Shown here: positions 9,836-20,315 of the stretch, piece by piece
How the letters are laid out: every line of letters begins with the position of its first letter
Position numbering within the stretch: the first letter of the stretch is position 1
Notes under the pieces: generated by a model
What the model saw: the letters and a program-made list of their open reading frames with translations, nothing else
The model's database searches: none
What the model was told of the DNA's origin: nothing
Made by a program: the position numbers and the translations under genes
Assembly (NCBI GenBank): GCA_964624415.1
Contig: CAZUWR010000001.1
Location: forward strand, 3,855 to 67,854
Origin: an uncultured Bdellovibrionales bacterium
GTDB taxonomy: Bacteria > Patescibacteriota > Minisyncoccia > Moranbacterales > UBA1568
Direction of reading: 5' to 3'
Length of the DNA stretch: 64,000 bases

Positions 9836-10717
9836 ATGATTCAAAAAGTGTTGATTATAGGTGCACAGGGGATGCTCGGACAGGAATTGGTCCGGGTGTT
9901 TTCCGCTGACTTGCGGTATGAGGTGCACGGATGGGACAAAGATGAAATCGATGTGACGGATTTTGTTTCCGCGGAGGAGCAGATTCGCGCGCTCGGCCCG
10001 AGCATTATCCTCAATGCCGTGGCGTATAACGCTGTGGATGCATGCGAGGAAAATGATGAGGAATATGCCAAAGCGATGCTGCTCAATGCTGATGCGCCCA
10101 AGTTCTTGGCAGGCCTGTCCCGGGATATCGGAGCGATATTTGTGCACTATTCGACGGACTATGTTTTTGGCGGCAGTGAGGCGGGAGAAAACAACAAACA
10201 GGGCTTTGATGAAAGTATCGAGCCGATACCGGTGTGTCGGTACGCGGTCAGCAAACGCGAAGGGGAGAAACAAGTGCAGGCAGTGGGCGGAAAGCATTAT
10301 ATCATCCGTCTCTCGAAACTCTTCGGGAAACCAGCCTTGTCCGCAGCGGGTAAAAAGAGCTTCTTTGATGTGATGCTCGTGGCAGGCAAGACGAAGACGC
10401 AGGTCAGTGTGGTGGATGATGAAATGAGTTGTTTTACCTATGCGCCGGATCTGGCTCAAGCAAGCAAAGAACTCGTCGAATCGAGCGATGCGTATGGTGT
10501 GTATCATTTGATCAATGAGTCTCCGGTCACGTGGTTTGAAGGCGTGAAGGAACTGTATAAGCAGGCCGGAATCGCTACCGAGGTCATCCCTGTGACCAGC
10601 GATGCTTTCCCTCGCCCTGCCAAGCGCCCGACTTTTTCGGTGCTGCGCAATACTAAACGCCCACTTCTGCGTTCATATGAAAAAGCTTTGAAAGAGTTCT
10701 TACAGAAAATAGTCTAA
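9836..10717 (+). CDS. rmlD: dTDP-4-dehydrorhamnose reductase
   Basis: VLIIGAQGMLGQEL Rossmann N-terminus; YxxSK (YAVSK) motif. Confidence 0.85.
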   Translation: MIQKVLIIGAQGMLGQELVRVFSADLRYEVHGWDKDEIDVTDFVSAEEQIRALGPSIILNAVAYNAVDACEENDEEYAKAMLLNADAPKFLAGLSRDIGAIFVHYSTDYVFGGSEAGENNKQGFDESIEPIPVCRYAVSKREGEKQVQAVGGKHYIIRLSKLFGKPALSAAGKKSFFDVMLVAGKTKTQVSVVDDEMSCFTYAPDLAQASKELVESSDAYGVYHLINESPVTWFEGVKELYKQAGIATEVIPVTSDAFPRPAKRPTFSVLRNTKRPLLRSYEKALKEFLQKIV

Positions 10718-10723
10718 AAGAAA

Positions 10724-10757
10724 GGCCTCTTGGAAATTACCGAAGAGGCCTTTTTTT
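10724..10757. terminator. bidirectional rho-independent terminator
   Basis: GGCCTCTTGG..CCGAAGAGGCC hairpin flanked by A-run and T7; lies between convergent rmlD and sigma gene. Confidence 0.6.
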
Positions 10758-11640
10758 ACAGCAGATCACTGTATTGGTATCCTAATTCTTGAATTTTTTC
10801 CTGCATTAAAGCGAGTGCGGAATTTATTTTTTGGCGGATACTTTCACCAGAAACAGCATATATTTCCCCAATTTCAGCGTAGGTATGTTTGGAGTAAGTG
10901 TTCAATCCAAACTTTCGACATATCATCTCACGTATATTGGCATCGAATGTCGAGAGTACGTGATTGAGAAGAGTGGTTCTGAGTTCTTGTTTGTCGTTTA
11001 TGTCAGCGCCGATTACCTGTGTTTCTCTCCATTCACCATACTCTGATGAATGCATCAAAAGAGCGTCAAAAGATATCGCATCTTGTAAACATTTGAGAGT
11101 AAGAAGGTTTTGAACCCTATCAGCAGTCATTTTAGCAGAATCAGCCGCAGAATCTTTGTGATTCTTTGCTGCCTGTTCGTTAAGGTATTGAGCTATCTCT
11201 TCATTTGAGACATTTTCTTTGACTCTTTCAAGATAATTGCGCGCTTTAGCAGCTCTGCTTATTTGCAAAAATAAATCATGAGGGACTCCTATGAGGTTTG
11301 ATTGTTTTGCAGTGTCGCAACCGATAGCATCGCGTATCCACCATGTCGCGTAGGTGGCGAAACTAACTTCTTTTTGAGGATCGAATTTTTCTACTGCATT
11401 GATGAGTCCTAGAACACCCATCTGCCAGAGGTCATCTGCTTCAAGTAATCCTCCTTGTGTAGCCCTTTGGTATTTTGTAGTGTACCATATCACTGGTTTA
11501 TTGATGAGTCCGAGATTGGAAACAATCATTTTTTGAAACGCTTTTACATCTCCTTGTTGCGCCTGAATGCAAAGTTCGGTCTGTTCTTCTTGGTTGAGAT
11601 AAAACTTCTTTTTTGTAGCGCGTCTTTTAACGTTACTCAT
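10756..11640 (-). CDS. RNA polymerase sigma factor, sigma-70 family (short form)
   Basis: Region 2 FATYATWWIRDAI and region 4 HTH TYAEIGEIYAVSGESIRQ. Confidence 0.8.
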   Translation of the reverse strand: MSNVKRRATKKKFYLNQEEQTELCIQAQQGDVKAFQKMIVSNLGLINKPVIWYTTKYQRATQGGLLEADDLWQMGVLGLINAVEKFDPQKEVSFATYATWWIRDAIGCDTAKQSNLIGVPHDLFLQISRAAKARNYLERVKENVSNEEIAQYLNEQAAKNHKDSAADSAKMTADRVQNLLTLKCLQDAISFDALLMHSSEYGEWRETQVIGADINDKQELRTTLLNHVLSTFDANIREMICRKFGLNTYSKHTYAEIGEIYAVSGESIRQKINSALALMQEKIQELGYQYSDLL

Positions 11641-11845
11641 AACAATACTCCTTACGAGGTTGTATTTGGAAAGGTTCTGATGTTTTTCGGTTTAGAGTGT
11701 TGAGACCTCATAGACCTTAAAAGCGGTTTAAGTATACCATTTTTCGAAATCGTCTTCAAGGCGTGTCGAAGGCAGAAAAAAGTGGTATACTGGTTTTGTA
11801 TTCAGGCAATCAGGTCAGTAATTCGTGAGAAATAAGAGTAAAAGT

Positions 11846-13090
11846 ATGTTTACCTATACGGCGATAAAAAAAGAGGATAAAGAGGTATTGAAGGCTATCA
11901 AGGGGGAAATGAAGCGTCAGGAAGAGGGATTGGAGATGATTGCTTCGGAGAATTATGCTTCGGAAGCGGTGATTGAGGCGCTCGGGACGGTTTTGACCAA
12001 TAAATACGCCGAAGGATATCCAGGAAAGCGCTACTATGGCGGACAGGAGTTTACGGATGCGGTGGAAATCTTGGCTATACAGCGAGCGAAGAAGCTCTTC
12101 GGTGCCGAGCATGCCAATGTGCAGCCACTATCGGGTGCGGCAGCCAATATCGCTGCGTATATGGCCGTGCTCGAGCCGGGGGATACGGTGCTCGGGATGG
12201 ATCTTTCGCACGGCGGACACTTGACCCACGGGCATCCGGTGACCTCGATGTCGAAGATCTACAATTTTGTGCGGTACAAAACCGAAGCGGACGGGACTAT
12301 CGATTACAAAAAACTCGAGGCGCTCGCGATGGAAGTGAAACCCAAGCTTATCTTGGCGGGATTTTCTTCGTACACAAGACAGTTGGACTACAAGAAGTTC
12401 GCCGCTATCGGCAAGAAAGTGAAAGCGATCACGATGATGGATATGGCGCATATCGCCGGTTTGGTGGCGGGAAAGGTCGTCGATAATCCGGTCGAGTATT
12501 TCGACATCGTGACCACGACGACACACAAGACACTGCGCGGACCTCGCGGAGGAATGATTTTGTGTCGGGAAAAATTTGCTCAAGCTATCGATAAATCGGT
12601 TTTCCCAGGATTTCAGGGCGGACCGCATATGAATATCATTGCCGCCAAAGCAATCGCTTTCGGAGAGGCTTTGCAGAAGGAATTCAAAAGCTATGCCAAA
12701 CAGACGCTGAAAAATGCCAAAACACTGGAGAATGAGCTGCGTAAGCGCGGATACGAAATCGCTTTTGGCGGGACGGAAAACCATATGGTAGTAGTGGATG
12801 TGTTTGCGACACTCGGTATCGGCGGCAAAGAAGCGCAGCATATTCTGGACGAAATCGGCATCTCGGTGAATAAAAATATGATTCCCGATGATACGCGCAG
12901 CCCGTTTGATCCGAGTGGTTTGCGTATCGGTGTGCCGGCGCTCACGACGCGCGGTATGAAGGAGCGGGAAGTGAAGCTTATCGTGCAGTGGATGGATGAA
13001 GCGCTTCGCGGTCGTGAGGTCAAGAAGGTTTCCCGCGCTTTGCATCGGGAGGTCAAAGATCTGTGCGCGCGATTTCCCCTGTATGCGTAA
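11846..13090 (+). CDS. glyA: serine hydroxymethyltransferase
   Basis: MIASENYASEAV..KYAEGYPGKRYYGG motifs; ORF track begins at an upstream GTG (11825), ATG at 11846 preferred. Confidence 0.9.
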   Translation: MFTYTAIKKEDKEVLKAIKGEMKRQEEGLEMIASENYASEAVIEALGTVLTNKYAEGYPGKRYYGGQEFTDAVEILAIQRAKKLFGAEHANVQPLSGAAANIAAYMAVLEPGDTVLGMDLSHGGHLTHGHPVTSMSKIYNFVRYKTEADGTIDYKKLEALAMEVKPKLILAGFSSYTRQLDYKKFAAIGKKVKAITMMDMAHIAGLVAGKVVDNPVEYFDIVTTTTHKTLRGPRGGMILCREKFAQAIDKSVFPGFQGGPHMNIIAAKAIAFGEALQKEFKSYAKQTLKNAKTLENELRKRGYEIAFGGTENHMVVVDVFATLGIGGKEAQHILDEIGISVNKNMIPDDTRSPFDPSGLRIGVPALTTRGMKEREVKLIVQWMDEALRGREVKKVSRALHREVKDLCARFPLYA

Positions 13091-13141
13091 TCGATATCCT
13101 TGGTAGTATAAATAAAATTAATCAATTCTCATTGCGTTTTT

Positions 13142-13396
13142 ATGAATCAGGATATACAAAGTATACTTATTTTCACAGCATTTTTCATTTTTTTGAACGC
13201 AGTTTTTTTCGGTGGATTTATGAAGGGGAAGTTTGCCGACAAAGCTTATGATTGGAGAATGAAGCGACATTTGATAGTAGATGGCGTGAGCAAAGAAGAA
13301 TATGTTCGCAGTATAAAGAAAATCATCCCTATTTTGTTGTTTTTTGGAAATATGTTATACGCATTGTTCATCGTCGGTGTTTTATGGAGAGTTTAA
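13142..13396 (+). CDS. small hypothetical membrane protein
   Basis: Two predicted TM helices; no known family. Confidence 0.35.
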   Translation: MNQDIQSILIFTAFFIFLNAVFFGGFMKGKFADKAYDWRMKRHLIVDGVSKEEYVRSIKKIIPILLFFGNMLYALFIVGVLWRV

Positions 13397-13556
13397 GTTA
13401 TCGTTGTAGCTTTTTATCAAGTCATATTTGTCAAAAATGGAAAGAAGTGGTACACTTGTTCCAGTAAGAGACGAGTGAAGACTTTCGTGTTGAATTTGTT
13501 TCTTTTTTGCTTTTAATAAGCAGATTTTACTGTATAACCCCGTTAAGTGATATTTT

Positions 13557-13757
13557 ATGCCGGTACAAAAGCAACACCACACCAAAATGCGTCAAAAGCG
13601 CGGACGAGTCGGCCTGAAGGTTGTGCTCAAAAATACGCAGGAATGCCCGAAATGTAAAGCTCCTGTGCTTTCTCACAAGATGTGCCCGAAATGCGGTACC
13701 TATAAGGGAAAAGAGTTTGTCGATACCCTCAAGAAAGTCGCTCCAAAAAAGAAATAA
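13557..13757 (+). CDS. rpmF: 50S ribosomal protein L32
   Basis: Basic N-terminus (HHTKMRQKRGR) and CPKC..CPKCG zinc-ribbon typical of bL32. Confidence 0.8.
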   Translation: MPVQKQHHTKMRQKRGRVGLKVVLKNTQECPKCKAPVLSHKMCPKCGTYKGKEFVDTLKKVAPKKK

Positions 13758-13774
13758 CAGTTTTTTAAAATACT

Positions 13775-14305
13775 ATGGCAAATCGTCATCTTCAGAGGTC
13801 GCTGGCTATGCAGTCGCTTTTTGAGTGGGATTTTCAAGGTCAAGACAAGAATCGGACGGAGGAAATCGTGGATCGAAACGTTTTGGAGTTCGCTCTCGGA
13901 CTCGAGGATGCTTCATTTACCAAAAAGCTGGTGCAGGGCGTGATGGATCATCAGGAAGCTATCGATGCGATGATTGTACAGTGTGCCCCCGAGTGGCCTT
14001 TGGATCAGGTGACGGTTATCGATCGCAATATCTTGCGCATTGGCATTTACGAATTGGTGCATGGCAGCTATGACGATGCGCCTCCGAAGGTGGCTATCAA
14101 TGAGGCGATAGAGCTTGCTAAGACGTTCGGCGGGGATAACTCAGCCCGTTTTGTCAATGGCGTGCTCGGGACAGTCTATCGCAATATCGGCGAGCCGCTC
14201 AAGGATGACTCGACGTTCAAGCGGAAAATAGCCAAGGGAAAGAAAATGAAGGAGGAGAAAAAGGAAGAGATTGAAGAAGTTGAAACGAAACCAGTTACCG
14301 AATAA
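13775..14305 (+). CDS. nusB: transcription antitermination factor NusB with K/E-rich tail
   Basis: NusB-like helical pattern incl. FVNGVLGTVYR; C-terminal charged extension. Confidence 0.75.
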   Translation: MANRHLQRSLAMQSLFEWDFQGQDKNRTEEIVDRNVLEFALGLEDASFTKKLVQGVMDHQEAIDAMIVQCAPEWPLDQVTVIDRNILRIGIYELVHGSYDDAPPKVAINEAIELAKTFGGDNSARFVNGVLGTVYRNIGEPLKDDSTFKRKIAKGKKMKEEKKEEIEEVETKPVTE

Positions 14306-14309
14306 CAGT

Positions 14310-15002
14310 ATGGATATGTTTAATGCGGACAATGTAGCAAAAAAATTGGGCATCCTTATTCATAATAAGGATCTTTTTCAGATGGCGGTCACGCATCGTT
14401 CGTATCTGAATGAGCATCGTGATCACCCTCTTAATCACAATGAACGGCTTGAATTCTTGGGTGATGCGGTTTTGGAATTGATCGTAACGGAGTATCTGTA
14501 TCACAACTATCCGAATCCGGAAGGGGAATTGACCAGTTGGCGGGCGGCGCTGGTGAACGGCGAAATGCTGGCCGTGGTGGCGCGCAGTATCGGCGTGGAG
14601 GAGTTTTTGATGATGAGCAAGGGCGAGGCCAAAGATACGGGACGAGCGAGGCAATACCTTTTGGCCAATGCGATGGAGGCGATTATCGGGGCCATCTATT
14701 TGGATCAGGGGTATGACGCTGCCAAAGACTTTATCACCAAGACGGTCTTAATTCACCTTGATGAAGTATTGAAGAGCAAGTCCTATGCCGATCCCAAGAG
14801 CCGTTTCCAAGAAGAGGCTCAGGAGCGTATGGGCATCACGCCCAATTATCACGTGTTGCGCGAGAAGGGTCCCGATCACGACAAGCATTTCGTTTCCGGG
14901 GCTTTCCTTGGGGAAGAATTGATTGCGGAAGGCGAGGGTCAATCCAAGCAAGAGGCGCAACGAGAGGCTGCCAAGAACGCCCTGGAGAAGAAGGGGTGGT
15001 AG
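14310..15002 (+). CDS. rnc: ribonuclease III
   Basis: ERLEFLGDAVLEL RNase III signature; C-terminal dsRBD; start chosen at ATG after nusB stop. Confidence 0.85.
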   Translation: MDMFNADNVAKKLGILIHNKDLFQMAVTHRSYLNEHRDHPLNHNERLEFLGDAVLELIVTEYLYHNYPNPEGELTSWRAALVNGEMLAVVARSIGVEEFLMMSKGEAKDTGRARQYLLANAMEAIIGAIYLDQGYDAAKDFITKTVLIHLDEVLKSKSYADPKSRFQEEAQERMGITPNYHVLREKGPDHDKHFVSGAFLGEELIAEGEGQSKQEAQREAAKNALEKKGW

Positions 15003-15052
15003 GGGTTTGGTGAAGTAGTATTTTTAACAACCAAAGTGAGAGAGGTGGGAAA

Positions 15053-15292
15053 ATGAAACAAGATGTGATGGCGTTTTTGTATTATGCGATTGGCAGGATA
15101 TTCTTTCAGAAGAAGGTGTATCCACCGCAAATGGGCACTATCGACTATTATATAGCCAATTTTCGAGAGGCTTATATCAACTGGCTCCGAAGCGAACTCG
15201 AGCGAGAAGACCCTGTTTTTAGGGAGCAGCAAGAAATGAGGGTCTTTGCGAATGCAGTAAAATCCGCGGAGAATCCAAGTAGCGGTAAATAG
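15053..15292 (+). CDS. hypothetical protein
   Basis: ORF followed by terminator at 15343; no homology recognised. Confidence 0.25.
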   Translation: MKQDVMAFLYYAIGRIFFQKKVYPPQMGTIDYYIANFREAYINWLRSELEREDPVFREQQEMRVFANAVKSAENPSSGK

Positions 15293-15342
15293 CAGTCCAG
15301 TGGATGAATATTACCCTAACTGGAATTGAAAGTAACCTTTAC

Positions 15343-15380
15343 GATTGTAGAGGCTGGTATGCAATATGACCAGCCTTTTT
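15343..15380 (+). terminator. rho-independent terminator
   Basis: GGCTGGT..ACCAGCC hairpin followed by T8. Confidence 0.5.
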
Positions 15381-15446
15381 TTCTTTGCTTTTCTTCTCAG
15401 TCATAATAAGGTACACTGAAATAAAGTCATTTGTGGCCATTTTTCT

Positions 15447-17738
15447 ATGTATCTCAAAAAACTTGAAATTTCCGGGTTCAAATCATTCGCCAACAAAACT
15501 GTGTTGGATTTTTCGTGTGACGGCAAGAGCGGCATCACGGCGGTGGTGGGGCCCAATGGGTCGGGAAAGTCCAATATCGCAGACGCTATCCGTTGGGCGC
15601 TCGGCGAGCAATCGCTCAAGAATTTGCGCGGGAAAAAATCCGAGGACGTCATTTTTGCCGGCTCGGGTTTGAAGGCGCGTTTGGGCAGCGCCTCGGTGAC
15701 GCTTCATTTCGACAATACCGACAAACGCATCCCGCTTGAGTTCGCGGATGTCGCTATCACCCGGAAACTCTTCCGGAGCGGAGAGAGTGAATACCTCATC
15801 AATGGCAGTCGTGTACGCCTTTTGGATATCGTGGATGTTTTGGCCAAGTCCGGTATCGGCAAAGACAGCTACTGCGTCATCACACAGGGTATGTCGGACG
15901 CTATCCTCAATGCCTCGCCTCTGGAACGGCGTGGGATATTTGAGGATGCGGCGGGCGTGAAGCATTATCAGATTCAAAAAGAACGATCGCTTCGCAAAAT
16001 GGAGAGCACGAAGGACAATCTGATACGGGTGGACAGCCTGCTTTTGGAAATCGAACCGCATTTGAAGAATCTCAAGCGTCAAGCGGAAAAAGCATCGCAG
16101 GGCAAGGATGTGGCAGCGTTGCTCCGTGCCAAGCAGCTGCAACTCTTCGGTTTTTTGTGGCATCGTTTCGATAGCGAGCGCTCCGGATTGGCGAGTGAGC
16201 GCGATGCATTGACGGCTAAGCTTGCTTTAATCGAAGCTCAGGTTCAGGCGCTTGATGTATCGCTTGCCAATGAATCGATACAGGCGGAAGACCAGGGCGC
16301 TATCAATGCCCTCGAGCGGCGTATCCGGGATACGCGTATCCATCTCAATGATGCAGAGCGCAATATTGCTATTGTGGACGGACGCATACAAATTGAGCAG
16401 GAACGCCGCGCGCCCAAAGAAGTGACGCAGAGCACCCCTGTTGATTTGGCCTATGTGCGGACGCGTTTGGCGGAGTTTCGCAAGGATCAGGAAACATTGA
16501 TTACTCGGCTGGGCAATGTCGAAGACCTTTCGGAGCTTCAGGATTTGAAAGAATTGGCACGAGTCATTCAGACGCGGATGTTTGAGTTGCATGAGGACGC
16601 AGGCAAAGGCGTCATCGTGACCAAGCAGACGATTACGCTGCCGGAAGAAGAGCTGCGAGCGAGCGATGTCCGGCTGGCCGAGCTTCAGTCTAAGAAAGCT
16701 ACCTTGAAACAGGAAAGCGAAGTATTCAGGAAAGAAATAGGTGAGAGTGAGACAGCTATCGCCGATGAACGAGAAAAGAGCCGGGCGAGTCGTGAGAAGT
16801 TTTTTGCTTTGGAAAAGCAGGCTCGCGAGAAGCATCACGAGCTCACTCTTCTGAAGGATGCGCTCAATGAAGCCAAGGTGCGATTGGCGCGCGTGGAAGT
16901 GCGCGAGGAAGATCTGATGGCGCAGATTAAAGAAGAGCTCGCATTGGAACCGTCGCAATTGAAGCATGATGGCGCAGCGGTCGATAAGGAAAGTATGGAG
17001 CGCGATATCGCACGTCTGAAGGTACAGCTCGAGCATATCGGCACTATCGATCCTCTGATCGTAGACGAGTATCAGGAAACACAGCAACGTTTCGAATTTT
17101 TGACCCAGGAATCGGCTGATCTGAAAAAGGCGATGGAGGCTTTACGAGAAGTGGTGCGCGAAATGGACGAGCGTATCCGCAAGGAATTCGATGTGGCTTT
17201 CAAACAGATTAGTACGGCTTTCGAGCACTATTTCTCTCTTATCTTCGGTGGAGGAAAGGCGCAGCTCGCGAGAGTACGCATCACCTCCAGGCTAAAGGAT
17301 CAGGAAGCGGATATTTCCGACGATGCCGTAGCCGATGAAACTGCCGAAACACAAGGGGATGAAAGCGCAATGCAAACGGGTATCGAAATTTTTGCGTGTC
17401 CTCCGGGGAAAAAGATTGCCAACCTCGCGATGCTTTCGGGCGGGGAGCGCTCGCTTACGTCGCTCGCCTTGCTGTTTGCCATTATCTCTCACAATCCGCC
17501 GCCATTTGCCGTGCTCGACGAGGTGGAGGCTGCTTTGGATGAGGCGAATTCACGAAAACTCAGCCGTGTTTTGCAGGAGCTTTCGCATCACACGCAATTC
17601 GTCGCCATCACGCACAATCGCGAGACCATGCGCCAGGCAACGCTCTTGTACGGTGTGACGATGGGTGAAGACGGTATTTCCAAGCTACTCTCCGTCCGTC
17701 TCGATCAGGTCGCTGATGATGGGAAAGTATTAGGGTAA
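15447..17738 (+). CDS. smc: SMC-family ATPase, short form without recognisable hinge
   Basis: N-terminal Walker A GPNGSGKSN, C-terminal signature LSGGERSLTSLAL and Walker B FAVLDEVEAALD; only ~350 aa of coiled coil. Confidence 0.8.
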   Translation: MYLKKLEISGFKSFANKTVLDFSCDGKSGITAVVGPNGSGKSNIADAIRWALGEQSLKNLRGKKSEDVIFAGSGLKARLGSASVTLHFDNTDKRIPLEFADVAITRKLFRSGESEYLINGSRVRLLDIVDVLAKSGIGKDSYCVITQGMSDAILNASPLERRGIFEDAAGVKHYQIQKERSLRKMESTKDNLIRVDSLLLEIEPHLKNLKRQAEKASQGKDVAALLRAKQLQLFGFLWHRFDSERSGLASERDALTAKLALIEAQVQALDVSLANESIQAEDQGAINALERRIRDTRIHLNDAERNIAIVDGRIQIEQERRAPKEVTQSTPVDLAYVRTRLAEFRKDQETLITRLGNVEDLSELQDLKELARVIQTRMFELHEDAGKGVIVTKQTITLPEEELRASDVRLAELQSKKATLKQESEVFRKEIGESETAIADEREKSRASREKFFALEKQAREKHHELTLLKDALNEAKVRLARVEVREEDLMAQIKEELALEPSQLKHDGAAVDKESMERDIARLKVQLEHIGTIDPLIVDEYQETQQRFEFLTQESADLKKAMEALREVVREMDERIRKEFDVAFKQISTAFEHYFSLIFGGGKAQLARVRITSRLKDQEADISDDAVADETAETQGDESAMQTGIEIFACPPGKKIANLAMLSGGERSLTSLALLFAIISHNPPPFAVLDEVEAALDEANSRKLSRVLQELSHHTQFVAITHNRETMRQATLLYGVTMGEDGISKLLSVRLDQVADDGKVLG

Positions 17739-17744
17739 ATAAAA

Positions 17745-17780
17745 CCCCCCTCAGTCAGTGACTGAGGGGGGGGTTTTGTT
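17745..17780. terminator. bidirectional rho-independent terminator
   Basis: CCCCCCTCAGTcagtgACTGAGGGGGGG hairpin followed by T-run. Confidence 0.7.
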
Positions 17781-17794
17781 GAGGTGAGAAAAAA

Positions 17795-18712
17795 TTAGAT
17801 TTTATCTTGCGGCCAATGGATGAACCAGGCGGGGACTTTTTCGATGAACGGATTGTGTACACTGATAGTAAGCTCACCGTCGTGAAAAGTCTTTTTCATC
17901 ATGAGTTCTTTTTGCCAAAACACAGAGCTTTCATCTATCATTTTAAAGGTATTTTCAATTCCTCTTTCAAAGGTATTTTCTTCAGTGGTATGTATAGACT
18001 CAGTATCTTCAGTGATAGCATATCTCAATAAAACATCTATGTAATTACCTGGAAATGACATATCTGATGAAAAATCGCTGTTTTCATGTTGCGGTGTGAT
18101 ATTTTCTACAGCGACACAATGCCATATCAGCATCAATTCCCACAGAGCCTTCGCCACCTTGGCCGTCCGATCAATTTTCGCTTCGACTTCAGCGATAACG
18201 CTCAAGAACCAATCGATATCTTCCTTTATCCCCGCAATCAAATCGTCCGTCTGCGCTTTGAAATGAGCGTACGAAGAGTAACTAGTTGGACACAGACTTG
18301 CTACAGAGAGCGCATTCTTCACATCCGTTTCCAAATTGCTGAGACCTTCTTTATCGAAACCGATACATTCAAGCGGATACTTCTCGAAAGATTCCCGCTT
18401 GGCATACGCATTTTTCAGTTCTTCCTCCCGGTATGTTTTTACGCTTTGAAATTCGCGAAGCGTTTTTAGTATTTTGGCATCGGCTAAAATATACCAACAC
18501 ACAATAAAAAAGAGCAGACACATTACCAAAATGGGAATCAGTGCCGATTTTATGGAATCTGCAAGCGCAATTTTACCTGACATGATAATCATTGGTACTA
18601 AAAAGAGTAGTACCGCGAGTAGATCTAAGCGAGGGTGTTTGTTCTTGAATGTCCATAAGGTTATTCTGACCTTCCAGATCAAAGCCGACAGTTTTTTAAG
18701 CAGAGTATTCAT
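17795..18712 (-). CDS. hypothetical membrane protein
   Basis: N-terminal TM segments then soluble acidic domain; start (MNTLLKK) uncertain. Confidence 0.4.
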   Translation of the reverse strand: MNTLLKKLSALIWKVRITLWTFKNKHPRLDLLAVLLFLVPMIIMSGKIALADSIKSALIPILVMCLLFFIVCWYILADAKILKTLREFQSVKTYREEELKNAYAKRESFEKYPLECIGFDKEGLSNLETDVKNALSVASLCPTSYSSYAHFKAQTDDLIAGIKEDIDWFLSVIAEVEAKIDRTAKVAKALWELMLIWHCVAVENITPQHENSDFSSDMSFPGNYIDVLLRYAITEDTESIHTTEENTFERGIENTFKMIDESSVFWQKELMMKKTFHDGELTISVHNPFIEKVPAWFIHWPQDKI

Positions 18713-18903
18713 GATGCCTCCAATGAGCATATTTGCGTAGGAACTAGTTTGTTGCCATATTTCGCAACGATTCATACTACCATATCAAGCGGAAAAGTCA
18801 AGGACAGAGCCTAGAGAGAACGATTTTTGACATATACACAGCACTCCATTTCTTCCATTCTTTTTTTATGGTAGACTGAAAAGAGTTACAATAAAGCTTT
18901 CTT

Positions 18904-19557
18904 ATGCATCGATTGGCCACCCTCAAAACCGCCTACTTCTTCTTAATGTATGCACTGGTACTGATTATTGTCCTGACACCCTTCCTAATACGAGGCGGCG
19001 TCTCTATTTTTTCCGAAGAGTTTGTGGAAGGAGGGCTTATTCTGTGTCTTTTAGCGGTCGGAGTGGGCATTAATTTTTTTTATGAGAGGGAATTGGACAA
19101 GCAAGAGCAATCCCTTCAGGATGCCTGGAAGCATATCGGCGCAGTCAATCTTTTAGTGGAACGGTTTCGGCTCGCTTTGACCGATGACACGGAGTATCCG
19201 AAAAACAAGAAAGAACTCCAGCTCTTTACGGCAATGATGCTCGGGAAAATACGCGGTGTCGTGCCTTGCGATGCCTTACTGCTTCGTGTGGTGGAAACGC
19301 AGACGCTCAAGACGATGTTTGAGTACAGTGAAGGTGAGGAGGTTGCTGTCCCGAAAATAGGGAATAAGGAATTGGTGAAGGAAATCAACCCTTTAGCAGA
19401 AGATATCGTTTCATCACAGTCCGATGAGGTCAAGATCAAGACCTTTGTCGTGTTCTCATCGACCGATACCACTCTGACCGAAGACCGGAGGATGTTGATA
19501 CAAAAAATCGTCAATGATTTTACTACCGTATACGTTATTTCCACGTATATACTTTAA
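18904..19557 (+). CDS. hypothetical membrane protein
   Basis: Two N-terminal TM helices; divergent from previous gene. Confidence 0.4.
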   Translation: MHRLATLKTAYFFLMYALVLIIVLTPFLIRGGVSIFSEEFVEGGLILCLLAVGVGINFFYERELDKQEQSLQDAWKHIGAVNLLVERFRLALTDDTEYPKNKKELQLFTAMMLGKIRGVVPCDALLLRVVETQTLKTMFEYSEGEEVAVPKIGNKELVKEINPLAEDIVSSQSDEVKIKTFVVFSSTDTTLTEDRRMLIQKIVNDFTTVYVISTYIL

Positions 19558-19578
19558 TACCTATCTCTCGATATTCGT

Positions 19579-20292
19579 ATGAACGATGTTTTGAAGAACA
19601 GAAGGAAAGATATCATCGTTTCCGTGGATGATTTCGGTATACGCCAGGTAGCGGAGGCTATCTTGCCGCTTGCCCAGAAAGGGAAGTTGGATCGAGTCTC
19701 CGTATTGGTCAATTATGTCGCCTCCAAAGAGCAAGCAGAGGCGCTTTTGGCGACAGGTGTCAAGATCGATCTGCATATGGAATTGATTAAACTGGTGAAA
19801 AGCGGTGAAAAAATGGAAGAGGGTGCTATATTTCGTGGGTTGAATTTTGTCATCCGGTATATGCTTGGATTCATCAAAGAGATTGATGTTGAGCGGTCAT
19901 GGACGCAGCAGATAGAGCGTTTTCATGAGCTCTTCGGACGCTATCCCGACGGTCTCAATTCTCACGAGCACCTTCACTATTTTCCAAAATTTTTCCGCAT
20001 CGCGGTGGCATTAGGTGCCCGGTATGAGATTCCTTTTGTGCGCTTTGCCCGGAAAAGCGTCGTAAGGCGACCTTTTGTCGTGGTTTCCCGGGTCATTGAT
20101 TTCTTTTGGAAGGCTGATAATAAACATTACAGCGAGCAGCGTCGTCCGAGAGATGCAGCGGATTTCTTTGTCAGCTATGACTGGTTGGATGATTTTGATG
20201 ATTTTTTGCTTCATTTGCCGCACGGGACCACGGAGATAGTTTTCCATCCCGAGCGCCCTGCCGAAGCAGCTGTCATAGAGAAGTATTTTTAG
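19579..20292 (+). CDS. YdjC/ChbG-like carbohydrate deacetylase family protein
   Basis: N-terminal DDFG motif and later NSHEHLH resembling YdjC family. Confidence 0.5.
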   Translation: MNDVLKNRRKDIIVSVDDFGIRQVAEAILPLAQKGKLDRVSVLVNYVASKEQAEALLATGVKIDLHMELIKLVKSGEKMEEGAIFRGLNFVIRYMLGFIKEIDVERSWTQQIERFHELFGRYPDGLNSHEHLHYFPKFFRIAVALGARYEIPFVRFARKSVVRRPFVVVSRVIDFFWKADNKHYSEQRRPRDAADFFVSYDWLDDFDDFLLHLPHGTTEIVFHPERPAEAAVIEKYF

Positions 20293-20315
20293 CAGTTGAT
20301 GTGTAAATAAGGGGT

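Noticed and set aside
12128-13045. 305-aa minus-strand ORF
   Set aside because: Antisense shadow ORF inside glyA.
16227-17087. 286-aa minus-strand ORF
   Set aside because: Antisense shadow ORF inside the SMC gene.
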